This document shows positions 1 through 9,653 of a stretch of 64,000 bases of DNA, in pieces. This DNA comes from an uncultured Candidatus Saccharibacteria bacterium (GTDB lineage Bacteria > Patescibacteriota > Dojkabacteria > CAZCSM01). Position 1 is the stretch's first letter. Every line of letters starts with the position of its first letter. The stretch lies in NCBI GenBank assembly GCA_964501355.1, contig CAZCSM010000002.1:5884-69883 (forward strand). The letters run 5' to 3'. The notes beneath the pieces are model-generated. The model was not told the origin of the DNA and did not search any database. It saw only the letters and a list, made by a program, of their open reading frames with translations. The translations under genes were made by a program, and so were the position numbers.

Positions 1-2
1 AG

Positions 3-1364
3 GATGGTACTGAGCATATGGTTCTTTCAATTCAGTTTTATGGTGACAAGTTGGCAGAATTTGGCTGGGTTGTGCCTGTTCCTACAGAACCGGAAGTTGA
101 GAAGGGAGATATTGCAATTTTTCGAGAACTTGGTGACATGACAGTTCCAAAGGAGAATCTGTTGGAAAAGCTGATGAGCGATGATAATTATTATGCTACC
201 CCCATGATGGATGGTGCGGGAGCAATGGAGGATTCCACCAATCAAAAAACAACGGTCGAAGTTATTGAAGAAAAACAGGTTGGAATTTTGGACGTTGCAA
301 CTCTTCGTGCAGAAAAGGTTCAGGATTTAATTGACTGGATGGATGAAAATGGGTATGTTTTTCCATCTACTGATGGTTTGGGAAATAGTGATTTAAAGAC
401 GAAGCAGGTTCTTCAGGATTATATTGATGAAGATTGGTATTTCATTTTAAGTAAGGTTAATCCGGAGTTTGTTGATGAAGAAGTTTCTTCGGAAACAATT
501 TATGATGAACCTTACTACGATGACTATTATTATTATCGACCAGAACAAAAAGTTGACCTTACGCCGCTTCGAATATCCTTCAAAACAACTGATATTGTTT
601 ACCCAATGAAGATTTCTGCGGGTGGTTTACGAAATCAGAGTGTTCTTCTATACGTTTTTGATAATCATAAACTTCGCGTTTCCAATTATGATTACGAACA
701 AAATTACGGATATAGAGAAGATGAGGATGATAACTCCAGATTTGTTACAGAATATTCAGAAAAGATTGATAAAAGTGATATCGACGATTTGACAAGTTCA
801 ATCGGGAAAGGTTCTTGGTTAGAGCCGGATTCTGATATGTATTTGACAAAACTCTATTGTTCAAGCCTTGCTTATACAGATATGGATGAAGATGTTTTGT
901 TCGAAGATGCAAAAGATAACAAAAGCGTTAATGCGGGAGAAATGACAGTATGGGAATGGATTCTCTTGCCAATCGTTTTCGTGGTCTATCTTCCATACAA
1001 TATTCTCAACGGATTCGAAGGTTTTATGGATTATACATATTGGGGTGGTGGGATTGTTTCTGCGATTGTATTAATTGGTTTTATGATCGCTTTAAGTGCG
1101 GCAATTGTCTTTGGTTTTGCTTGGGGAACGAAAAAGATGAAGACGGATCTTGCGAAGAAAATTCTCAAGGTATTATTATTTCCTGCTCTTTGGCTTCTTG
1201 GAATATTTGTTGCTCTTGTCGCCGTTATTCCCTTTGGATACATAATGGAGCTTGTAGGAGTTCGTTCTGATGTGATTATGATAGATGCGGTGATGTTAGA
1301 AGGATTGCTGTCGACGGGTTTAGTGTTGTTGGGATATAGGATAATTGGGAGGAAAAACCTTTAG
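3..1364 (+). CDS. DUF2330-like membrane protein (5' partial; frame is open upstream of the first ATG at 18)
   Basis: FGWVVPVP and PLRISF...YPMKIS motifs; C-terminal hydrophobic TM segments; frame open to the window edge. Confidence 0.7.
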   Translation, partial: DGTEHMVLSIQFYGDKLAEFGWVVPVPTEPEVEKGDIAIFRELGDMTVPKENLLEKLMSDDNYYATPMMDGAGAMEDSTNQKTTVEVIEEKQVGILDVATLRAEKVQDLIDWMDENGYVFPSTDGLGNSDLKTKQVLQDYIDEDWYFILSKVNPEFVDEEVSSETIYDEPYYDDYYYYRPEQKVDLTPLRISFKTTDIVYPMKISAGGLRNQSVLLYVFDNHKLRVSNYDYEQNYGYREDEDDNSRFVTEYSEKIDKSDIDDLTSSIGKGSWLEPDSDMYLTKLYCSSLAYTDMDEDVLFEDAKDNKSVNAGEMTVWEWILLPIVFVVYLPYNILNGFEGFMDYTYWGGGIVSAIVLIGFMIALSAAIVFGFAWGTKKMKTDLAKKILKVLLFPALWLLGIFVALVAVIPFGYIMELVGVRSDVIMIDAVMLEGLLSTGLVLLGYRIIGRKNL

Positions 1365-1375
1365 GCTTTTTTAAA

Positions 1376-1407
1376 ATGTAGAGACGCAAAATTTTGCGTC
1401 TCTACAT
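1376..1407. repeat. GTAG-type REP palindrome
   Basis: Perfect palindrome ATGTAGAGACGCAAAATTTTGCGTCTCTACAT just after a stop codon; related copy at 56019-56046. Confidence 0.75.
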
Positions 1408-1540
1408 ATAACTAGTTGTATAAACCACTAGCGATAGCTAGTGTGTACGTTTGAAGCGTAGCATTTAGCGAACGTTAGTTTAGAATATAAGAATCGTTTG
1501 TGATAGGCGTTAAGTTTAGAAAAGAGAAAGATTAAGTTAT

Positions 1541-1679
1541 GTTACTTTTGAGACCAAAAGTAACCAAAAGTCTTGAACCAAATGAACTCCATCCAGTACC
1601 AAACCAAAAACAAATAGCAACCGGAATCATTTGGTTCAAACTCCAACGACTAACGACCGAATACAGATAACAAGGGGAA
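1541..1679. repeat. Structured ~140-nt dispersed element, copy 1 (candidate ncRNA/ssDNA element)
   Basis: GTTACTTTTG-AGAC-CAAAAGTAAC hairpin; 13-bp stem 1573-1585/1627-1639; CTCC...GGGG stem; loop motifs CAAATAGCAACC and ATACAGATAACAA shared with five other copies. Confidence 0.85.
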
Positions 1680-1723
1680 TAATATTAAGTTAAGATGTAT
1701 GAATCAGGCGTAGCCTGCAAGAT

Positions 1724-1750
1724 AAAAACCACCGGATTCTATCCGGTGGT
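1724..1750 (-). terminator. Intrinsic terminator for the minus-strand surface protein gene
   Basis: ACCACCGGAT-TCT-ATCCGGTGGT stem, preceded on + by AAAAA (U-tract on -), right after the stop at 1754. Confidence 0.65.
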
Positions 1751-1753
1751 AAT

Positions 1754-3172
1754 TCATTTCTTTTTCAACATTCTTCTAACTAGTTTGAATGGTGCCGAGA
1801 AAAGGTTCTTTTTTAATAATAAAGAGAATAATCCTAGGATTATAATAATTCCTCCTCCAAGTGCAACTACAATGCCAATTACAATGTAAATCCAATTTTG
1901 ACTTAAGAAATCTTGAATTTGTTTAACTAAATCACTTTCGGTAATCACCGGCGCAGTGTATGTTATTGAGCCTTCTATTTTTCCGAACTCTCCATCTTCA
2001 TTTTTTGCATAAGCTTCAATCGTGTTTCTCCCTTCGATTAATTGAACCTCTTGTGCAAAATCTCCATTTTCATCAAATTCGACTTTTATTTCTTCGTCAT
2101 TTAACACAATAAAAACATCAGATGAAACATCAGAAACGGTTCCTTCAATTGTCAAAATGCCTGTTTCTAGATTTACGTAATCTTGAAAGTTATCTAGATT
2201 AGTCTTCAATGTCGGTTCCAATTTTACTTCAATCTTCTCGCCTTCATGTTCCTTAATAACTTCCGGTGTTAGTTCAACTTTCTTTTCACCGGTTTCCGTT
2301 TCAGTAATTTTGTAATCATCCGTTCCAAGGACTGCGCCATTAAGCGTAACGGCAGAATCTTCAGTATATTGATCTTCCGTATCGTAGAAAGTAACCTCGA
2401 CAGGAGCTTCCCAGATCGCCCAGAATTCCCAACTCATCCAGAAAAACATATATTCAAAACCAACATTATTATCCAAATTTTTCACCGCATTTTCGGCTGT
2501 ATCCGTTGACATATCTACATCTCCAAGAAATGTCATCATTGATAAATCCTGTCTATCAAGGGTGAAGTTACTTACGCTTGCTGGGTTCTCTATTTTACTT
2601 AAATCGGTCGTATTAGAACCTTCGAAGAAGAACCATTGATTTATTTCAATATCAATTATTGTAATGTCTACAACAATAATCGGCGCGGGCGTTGGTGAGG
2701 GTGTCGGAGTAGGTGTTGGTGTAGGAGTTGAAGTCGGCGTTGGTTCTGGTTCGGGTGTTGGTACAGGATCGGGGTATTCCTGTTTTTGATTAACCGTAAA
2801 CCAACCATCAGATTTGTCGTTTAAACTTCCTGTCCCCGTTTCGTAACCCGTTAAATCAATAACGTATTGAGTGTTTGTCGTATTTCCAACATCAACTTTC
2901 CAGGAGTAGGATCCAGTGTTTGGAGCTGTGAAAGCGACCCAATCAAGATGACCAGGTCCATGTGAGTAACCAATTGAAACTTTATCTATGTTTGGAGATG
3001 TTTTCCAAGTGATAGTCATCATGTCTCCTTCCGTATACACTTCTCCGCCATTTGGAGATGTTATTGTAACAAATCCATCAATCGCTGCGAAAGCCTTCTG
3101 GGCCGGTATTAGCACCAGCATGTTGTTTGCAATAATCAGCGCAACCAAGAACATTTTTAATAATTTCTTCAT
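1754..3172 (-). CDS. Secreted, C-terminally anchored surface protein (Ig-like domain, PT-rich linker)
   Basis: Signal peptide ending AFA; ITSPNGGE...ITW Ig-like motif; PTPTPTP linker; LIEGRNTIEAYA Ig-like segment; C-terminal TM plus basic tail. Confidence 0.75.
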   Translation of the reverse strand: MKKLLKMFLVALIIANNMLVLIPAQKAFAAIDGFVTITSPNGGEVYTEGDMMTITWKTSPNIDKVSIGYSHGPGHLDWVAFTAPNTGSYSWKVDVGNTTNTQYVIDLTGYETGTGSLNDKSDGWFTVNQKQEYPDPVPTPEPEPTPTSTPTPTPTPTPSPTPAPIIVVDITIIDIEINQWFFFEGSNTTDLSKIENPASVSNFTLDRQDLSMMTFLGDVDMSTDTAENAVKNLDNNVGFEYMFFWMSWEFWAIWEAPVEVTFYDTEDQYTEDSAVTLNGAVLGTDDYKITETETGEKKVELTPEVIKEHEGEKIEVKLEPTLKTNLDNFQDYVNLETGILTIEGTVSDVSSDVFIVLNDEEIKVEFDENGDFAQEVQLIEGRNTIEAYAKNEDGEFGKIEGSITYTAPVITESDLVKQIQDFLSQNWIYIVIGIVVALGGGIIIILGLFSLLLKKNLFSAPFKLVRRMLKKK

Positions 3173-3307
3173 AACTCGTTAATGAAAAATATTGTACGGA
3201 TTATATAGAATCACTAAATACATTGCAATATCGGAGTTTTAACATCCATTTGCTTATCATCTATAATTTATTGTATATTGAATTAGAATATTCTATGTTG
3301 CGAAACA

Positions 3308-4576
3308 ATGAATCTAATTGATCTACAAAATTTCTTGATTGCCATTGCGGTTGGTGGGATTATCGGTTTGGAACGCGAGATTGGTAGAAGAGAAAAGAAA
3401 GATGCAATTAGTTTTGCCGGTCTTAGAACATTTATACTCGTTAGCTTCTTTGGTGCCCTTAGCTACTTTATGGGGGAAAAGCTAAATCAGCCGATACTTC
3501 CTGCCGTCGGTTTCGTGATTTTTTCATTACTAATAATAGTCTCCTATTACATTTCAGCGCAGAAAGGCTTTTGGGGAATTACCACAGAATTAACAGGACT
3601 TCTCACGTATCTTTTAGGCGTACTTGTAATGCAGGCAGATTATCAGGTCTATGCAGTAATCTTTGCTGTATTAATAACAATACTTCTCGCATTCAAGAAA
3701 TACGTTCGTCGATTTATTCAAAAGACAAAAACTAAAGAATGGTATGATACGATGAAGTTCGCATTCATAGCATTCGTCATTCTGCCCTTATTGCCAAATC
3801 AGGGTTTCGGACCTTATGAATTTTTCAATCCATATCAAACATGGTTGATGGTTGTTTTCGTTTCGGGTTTATCCTTCGCCGGTTACTTCGCAGTCAAATA
3901 TTTCGGCACGAGAATTGGTGTTAGCTTGTCCGGACTTCTTGGCGGAATAGCTTCGAGTACTGCGGTTACTACATCAATGTCTCATCGAAGCAAAGATGTT
4001 AAGGAAAAAGATTACAAGCCATTTGTAATCGCCACTGTTCTTGCTTGTAGCATCATGTTTGTTCGTGTAATTCTGGAAGCCGCAACAATTAATCAGGAAC
4101 TTGCACTGATCCTTCTTTTCCCAACGGCCATTATGTTTCTCGCAGGAATTGTTCCAATTCTACTTTGGTGGAGAAAGGGGAAAGAGAAAAGTGATAAAGA
4201 ATTAGACCTTCCAAGTCCTTTCCGGTTACAACCGGCGATTGCGTTTGCTGCAATTTATACATTTGTTCAACTTGTTGTTAATGTATTAGTTCATGAAGGT
4301 GTTGGTCAAACAGGAATAATTTTTACAAGTGTTATTGCAGGAATTACTGATGTTGATGCAATTACCCTTTCTCTTTCCCGCTTCGCACAAGAGGGTTCAA
4401 TTACAATGGACTCGGCTGTAAATGGAATTCTGGCGGCTCTGTTTACAAATACAATTGTTAAGGGCGGAATTGCATGGTTTTGGGGAGGAAAGGAATATAG
4501 AAAAAAAGTAGCGATGATTTTATTCGCGATATTACTGATAGGAATCTGCTCCATATTTATTTTAAGAGTTACTTGA
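3308..4576 (+). CDS. MgtC/SapB family membrane protein with DUF4010 domain
   Basis: GGIIGLERE, AGLRTF, GITTE, GGIASSTAVT and GITDVDAITLS motifs. Confidence 0.85.
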   Translation: MNLIDLQNFLIAIAVGGIIGLEREIGRREKKDAISFAGLRTFILVSFFGALSYFMGEKLNQPILPAVGFVIFSLLIIVSYYISAQKGFWGITTELTGLLTYLLGVLVMQADYQVYAVIFAVLITILLAFKKYVRRFIQKTKTKEWYDTMKFAFIAFVILPLLPNQGFGPYEFFNPYQTWLMVVFVSGLSFAGYFAVKYFGTRIGVSLSGLLGGIASSTAVTTSMSHRSKDVKEKDYKPFVIATVLACSIMFVRVILEAATINQELALILLFPTAIMFLAGIVPILLWWRKGKEKSDKELDLPSPFRLQPAIAFAAIYTFVQLVVNVLVHEGVGQTGIIFTSVIAGITDVDAITLSLSRFAQEGSITMDSAVNGILAALFTNTIVKGGIAWFWGGKEYRKKVAMILFAILLIGICSIFILRVT

Positions 4577-4592
4577 ACTGGGGAATTACACT

Positions 4593-5879
4593 ATGAAGGT
4601 ACTTTTTAATCCGATGGGTGGGTCTCTTGCACATACCGTAAGGTGTATAGCCGTTGCAGAAGAACTGAGAGATCGAAAGCATGAGGTTTTTTTTACAGCT
4701 CCGCGAGATCAGATTGCATTTATAAAAGATCAGGGTTTTGAAGTTGTCGGTGATTTTGAAGTTGTAAGCTTTACCGATCCTGAAGATCAATCCTTGAATT
4801 ATATGGAGTCGAATAAAGACAAGTTCGTTGAATGGTTTAAGACAGAAATTGCTGCTGTCGATATGATTAAACCAGATGTCGTCGTTACTGCGCCGGGATT
4901 TCTTGGTTCAACAATCTGGCATGCGAGAAAAATTCCCAATGTGGCTATTCTCGACTCTGTGTATACTTATAAATCAAAAGGAATTCTAGGACTTTCCTTA
5001 TCAGATGATAGTGTCAAGAGTGTTGTTTTAAGAAGATTAATACAACCGGTTTTTGAATCGAAATTCTATGAGTTGTACATTACTCAAGTATTGGATATTT
5101 ACAACCGGTTGGGTATTTCAACGGAAAATGTTAAAACCCGAAAGGATGTTCAATCCTTTACAAAAATTATTGTTCCCGGAGATTCACAACTTGAAGTCCT
5201 TAAAGATAATTTAGATCAGGATATTATTCATGTTGGTCCAATTTTTTGGAAGGGGTGGGAGGAAATGGAGACCCGTTTTACGGATGATTACATATTAAAT
5301 TTTAAAAAGAATAATTTCTTGGTAGGAGTATTCTTTGGTGGTAGCGTTCACGATAGAAATATCTATGAAAATGTCATAAATACGTTCAAGGATAACGCAG
5401 CAAACATGAAAGTTATAATTGGTTTTGGTCCCAATTACAAAAGATCCGATTTCCCTGCAGATAACGATAAGATTTTGTTCTCTAAATACCTACCCGGACT
5501 TCGAATCTCAAGGCATGCTGATCTCATTGTGAATACGGGAGCCCAGGGAGGAACTTCGCAGGCCCTTTATTATGGAAAGCCTGTTATCGCTTTCCCAACT
5601 AATATTGACCAGTCTTATTACGCGAATAGGCTTGAGGAGTTAAAACTGGGAATCAATGTTAATAAGGTTAAGCTTTCAGAATTCTCGAAGAGAGAGTCTT
5701 ATGCAAACGTGGATGATACAATTTCAGATAAGATTATTAACGCAATTAATAAAATCAGAAAGGATATTAAATATAAAGAGAGGGCGGTCTGTTTTTCAAA
5801 GTTTTTACAGAATACGTACCATGATCCCGTTCATGCTTCTGCAGATATAATTGAGGATATTGTTAGAAATGGTCTTTGA
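4593..5879 (+). CDS. GT-B glycosyltransferase, family 1 / MGT-like
   Basis: N-terminal GGSLAHTVRCIAVAEELRDRKHEV; C-terminal ADLIVNTGAQGG...GKPVIAFP...DQ. Confidence 0.75.
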   Translation: MKVLFNPMGGSLAHTVRCIAVAEELRDRKHEVFFTAPRDQIAFIKDQGFEVVGDFEVVSFTDPEDQSLNYMESNKDKFVEWFKTEIAAVDMIKPDVVVTAPGFLGSTIWHARKIPNVAILDSVYTYKSKGILGLSLSDDSVKSVVLRRLIQPVFESKFYELYITQVLDIYNRLGISTENVKTRKDVQSFTKIIVPGDSQLEVLKDNLDQDIIHVGPIFWKGWEEMETRFTDDYILNFKKNNFLVGVFFGGSVHDRNIYENVINTFKDNAANMKVIIGFGPNYKRSDFPADNDKILFSKYLPGLRISRHADLIVNTGAQGGTSQALYYGKPVIAFPTNIDQSYYANRLEELKLGINVNKVKLSEFSKRESYANVDDTISDKIINAINKIRKDIKYKERAVCFSKFLQNTYHDPVHASADIIEDIVRNGL

Positions 5880-8100
5880 GATCTTCTTTTTAGGAATAAT
5901 ATTAGCGTTTAACCTCGTCGTTATTTTTACCTTGCTTTTTGCTGAAACACAAAGGTTTAAGGAATCTCGTAAGTGGTTTGTTCTGCTAAATATATTTGTA
6001 GTTTTCTGGGTGTTATCCATTTTTATAACCGATATGTTTTACGATCTCACGATAGTAAGTCTGTGGGCGTCTAGAACTTCTTTTCTCTTCTCAATATTTA
6101 TAGCTTTTTTTCTTTATCGATTTGTTAAGAGTTATCAGAAAACGATTCTGCCTATCTGGGATTTTTGTGGAATATTATTTGAAATATTCAGTATAGTTTT
6201 TGGTGTTGCTTCACTGACGAAGTATAACATTTGGGGAGTTGTTGTGCTTGGTGAAAATAGTTTGAAGTCGGAAGTCGGATTTCTTTATCAATTTATTTCC
6301 TTATTTATTTCTATATATTTTGTTTTTTCAATTGCACTTTTCTTCAAGATTTACAAGGAAGAACGAAATCTTTCTCTCAAGACACAAATAGGCAATATCT
6401 TAATAGGGAGTACCTTGTCAATCTTCTCTTCCTTGGTAACAAATATTTTAATGCCGATGTTAGGTTTTCCTGAAATTCGATTTCTAGGTCCATTAGCATT
6501 AGGATTTTTTCTGTTCTTTACCTACTTCTCAATGCTTCGGGAACGATTCCTTGGGACGAAACAGATGCTCTACAACACCATTTATACATTTCTCTTCGCA
6601 CTGGTCCCATACGCAACCTTCCACATCATAGTATTCTTACAAAATATGATTTGGGGAAGTGTTTTTGAAACAGGTGCTTTGATAACAGGATTCTTTTATT
6701 CGTTAATTTTTTTATATGTTTTTAAGGCTGCGGGCAAATGGCTCAGTGTATTTGTAAAAGGATATGTTTTGAATTATCAATACGATCCTCTAGAGCAGCG
6801 AGATCGGTTTTTGGAAAAAACCAGAAACATTCTTGATATAAATGAATTGATTTCGGTTTTGAAAGAATTTGTAGATAATGTTGTTCGTCCGGTCAAAAGC
6901 TGGGTTGTTTTGAAGCCTCAATATCAAATAACGAATGAAGATTTAAAAAGTTCTGATTTCGGCTTTGGTAAAATCAATGGTTTGATAAAGGAATCTGAAT
7001 TGAAATTGCCATTGATTACTGATGAATTATTTGTAAAACACATTGAAGGAAAACACGAGTCTGAAGCTGATCCTAAATTTCAGCTTTGGAAGTTCTTGGA
7101 CATCAATAATATCCGAGCTGTATTATCTGTGAAAGATAAATCCCGTATTTATGGATATCTTGTGCTTGGTGAATTAAAGAGCGGTTCTGCGTATAGTGTT
7201 GAAATCGTAGAGCTCTTGGAGTTCTTGATTGACAATACGGCAATGGCAATTAACCGTGCACTTTTGTATCAAAAGGTAAAAAACTTTAATAAAATTCTCG
7301 TGGATGAAATCGAATCCGCTACAACACATCTTGCGGAAGCGAATGCTGAGCTTCGTAAGGTTGATGAAGCAAAGGACGATTTAATCTCAATTGCATCTCA
7401 TGAACTTCGAACACCTGCAACAATTGTAAAAGGTAAACTTCATTTGCTTAAAGGACGCGTTGCAAAATTAAAGGTTTGTGAGGGCTATGATCCCAAGATT
7501 GATAATGATATTGATGTTTGTCTATCTGCAATAGAAAGAGAGATTGAACAGGTAAACACTCTTCTTGAAGCTTCAAGGATTGGTAAGGACACGATGGTTT
7601 TGGACAAACAACTTTTTGATTTATATGATGTAGTTGAACAGGCAGTTGAAGATTTTGAAGGCATTGCAGCAGAGCAGGGACTTGAATTAACGATTGAGAA
7701 AACTGTGAAAGATTTACCTTTTGTGAATATTGATGTTCGACGTATCCGGGAAGTAATTGATAATCTAATCACCAATGCCATTAAGTATACAGAAGAAGGT
7801 TCAATAAAAGTTCGCGTATTTCAAAAAAATGCGAGAGAAATTAGTGTTAGCTTCACTGACACAGGAATCGGTGTTCCTAAAGAAAAGTTAGATCGACTAT
7901 TTACGAAGTTTTATCGTGTGAGGAACGATGAGGAAAATCGTTCTAAATTAGTAAAGCCGGGAGGAACTGGTCTTGGTCTCTTTGTTGCAAAGAACATTGT
8001 TGAAAAACATGGCGGAAGTATTTCCGTAAAGAGCGAAGAGGGGAAGGGATCCGTGTTTACTTTCTGTCTTCCTGTAAGCAGGAAGGATAATGTTGGGTAA
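5869..8100 (+). CDS. Multi-TM sensor histidine kinase (TM region, GAF-like segment, HisKA, HATPase)
   Basis: IASHELRTP H-box, NLITNAIKYT N-box, DTGIG and GGTGLGL G-boxes; ATG at 5869 preferred over TTG 5851. Confidence 0.9.
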   Translation: MVFEIFFLGIILAFNLVVIFTLLFAETQRFKESRKWFVLLNIFVVFWVLSIFITDMFYDLTIVSLWASRTSFLFSIFIAFFLYRFVKSYQKTILPIWDFCGILFEIFSIVFGVASLTKYNIWGVVVLGENSLKSEVGFLYQFISLFISIYFVFSIALFFKIYKEERNLSLKTQIGNILIGSTLSIFSSLVTNILMPMLGFPEIRFLGPLALGFFLFFTYFSMLRERFLGTKQMLYNTIYTFLFALVPYATFHIIVFLQNMIWGSVFETGALITGFFYSLIFLYVFKAAGKWLSVFVKGYVLNYQYDPLEQRDRFLEKTRNILDINELISVLKEFVDNVVRPVKSWVVLKPQYQITNEDLKSSDFGFGKINGLIKESELKLPLITDELFVKHIEGKHESEADPKFQLWKFLDINNIRAVLSVKDKSRIYGYLVLGELKSGSAYSVEIVELLEFLIDNTAMAINRALLYQKVKNFNKILVDEIESATTHLAEANAELRKVDEAKDDLISIASHELRTPATIVKGKLHLLKGRVAKLKVCEGYDPKIDNDIDVCLSAIEREIEQVNTLLEASRIGKDTMVLDKQLFDLYDVVEQAVEDFEGIAAEQGLELTIEKTVKDLPFVNIDVRRIREVIDNLITNAIKYTEEGSIKVRVFQKNAREISVSFTDTGIGVPKEKLDRLFTKFYRVRNDEENRSKLVKPGGTGLGLFVAKNIVEKHGGSISVKSEEGKGSVFTFCLPVSRKDNVG

Positions 8101-8576
8101 AATTGTGCAATAATAGTGTAAGATGGTTTTTGATAGATGGTTAGTAACAAATCTCTAAAATTTGAAGATTTGGAAGTTTGGAAACTTTCTCAAACGTTAT
8201 TCCTAGAGCTGTCGGATATCTTTTATTTGAAATCTTTCCACAATTACTCTTTCCAAGATCAAATTATGAGAGCAGCAATTTCTATTAGTAATAATATTGC
8301 CGAAGGTTATGGACGTGGTGGGAAAAAGGAGCTTATCCGATTCTTGTTTATAGCCAAAGGTTCATGCGAGGAAGTTAAGAATATGATATATTTGGCGTTT
8401 TCTTTAAAATATATCTCGGAAGAACAGAAATTGGAATTTTTGCAGAAAACGACACAATTGAGCGTAAAGCTTAATAATTTTGTCAATTATTTAAAGAAAA
8501 AGGTCTGATATATTTTTCAACAGTCTTCTCTCAACATTACACAATGTTACACTATATTAAACCATTTTACACAACT
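8091..8576. mobile_element. Inverted 10-mer repeat arrays flanking a four-helix-bundle gene (putative element)
   Basis: Left tgttgggtaa-aattgtgcaa-taatagtgtaa (8091-8121) is the imperfect reverse complement of right ttacactata-ttaaaccatt-ttacacaact (8547-8576). Confidence 0.5.
8137..8508 (+). CDS. Four helix bundle protein (23S rRNA IVS protein / Avd-like family)
   Basis: FEDLEVWK...DQIMRAAISISNNIAEGYGR...RFLFIAKGSCEEV signature. Confidence 0.9.
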   Translation: MVSNKSLKFEDLEVWKLSQTLFLELSDIFYLKSFHNYSFQDQIMRAAISISNNIAEGYGRGGKKELIRFLFIAKGSCEEVKNMIYLAFSLKYISEEQKLEFLQKTTQLSVKLNNFVNYLKKKV

Positions 8577-8580
8577 TATT

Positions 8581-9591
8581 ATGAAAATATTAGTAACCGG
8601 AGGCGCAGGATATATCGGTTCGCATGCAGTTCTTGCACTTTTAGAAAAGGATTTTGATGTCGTTGTGTTCGACAGCTTGGAGAATGGACACAAGGAATCA
8701 TTGGATCGGATTGAAACGTACACGAAAAAGAAGGTCGATTTTGTAAAGGGTGATTTACGTAATGCTGACGACGTCGAAAAACTATTAAAAATTCACCATG
8801 ATATTGATGCGGTTTTACATTTCGCTGCGTTTATCGAGGTTGGTGAATCTGTGAAAGACCCCGGGAAATATTATAGGAATATTGTCTGCGGAAGTCTCAA
8901 CCTAATTAATGCTCTCATTAATCATAATATTAACAAGATTGTTTTCTCTTCCACCGCTGCTGTTTATGGCATGCCTAAACGGATTCCGATTTCCGAAGAA
9001 GATGAGAAATCACCTATAAATCCATATGGAACAGCTAAATTAACAGTTGAGAGAATGCTCGATGACTTCCACAAGTCACATGGACTAAACTCTATTCGAC
9101 TACGATATTTCAATGCTTGTGGAGCATCTCGGACTGTAAATATTGGAGAGGATCATCATCCGGAATCTCATGTAATTCCTTTGCTAATGCAATGTGCACT
9201 CGGTACCAGGGAGAAGTTTTACATTTTTGGAAATGGTTTTGATACTTCCGATGGAACTCAAATTCGAGATTATGTACACGTGGAAGATTTAGTTGATGCA
9301 CACATAAAGGCTTTGGAGCTAATGAATGTTAATTCCATCTGTGATTTCATTAATTTAGGTACGTCGAAAGGCTACAGCGTCCAAGAAGTTATTAATATAG
9401 CAAAAGAGGTTAGCGGAGTGGATTTTACTGTTGAATTGGGAGAATATCGAGAGGGTGATCCCGTTCGGCTTCTTGCTGACAATTCAAAGGCAAAGAAATT
9501 GCTAGATTGGGAGCCGAGAATTGGTTTAAGGGAGATTGTAGAATCGGCATGGAATTGGCATTTAAAAAATCCGAATGGTTACAAATCCTGA
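8581..9591 (+). CDS. galE: UDP-glucose 4-epimerase
   Basis: GGAGYIGSH, HFAAFIEVGES, FSSTAAVYG, PYGTAK, LRYFNACGA, RDYVHVEDL. Confidence 0.93.
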   Translation: MKILVTGGAGYIGSHAVLALLEKDFDVVVFDSLENGHKESLDRIETYTKKKVDFVKGDLRNADDVEKLLKIHHDIDAVLHFAAFIEVGESVKDPGKYYRNIVCGSLNLINALINHNINKIVFSSTAAVYGMPKRIPISEEDEKSPINPYGTAKLTVERMLDDFHKSHGLNSIRLRYFNACGASRTVNIGEDHHPESHVIPLLMQCALGTREKFYIFGNGFDTSDGTQIRDYVHVEDLVDAHIKALELMNVNSICDFINLGTSKGYSVQEVINIAKEVSGVDFTVELGEYREGDPVRLLADNSKAKKLLDWEPRIGLREIVESAWNWHLKNPNGYKS

Positions 9592-9653
9592 TAATTGTTA
9601 CTTTTATAAATAAATTCCGTTATATTGTTTACAGATAATTTATAAATAAAATC

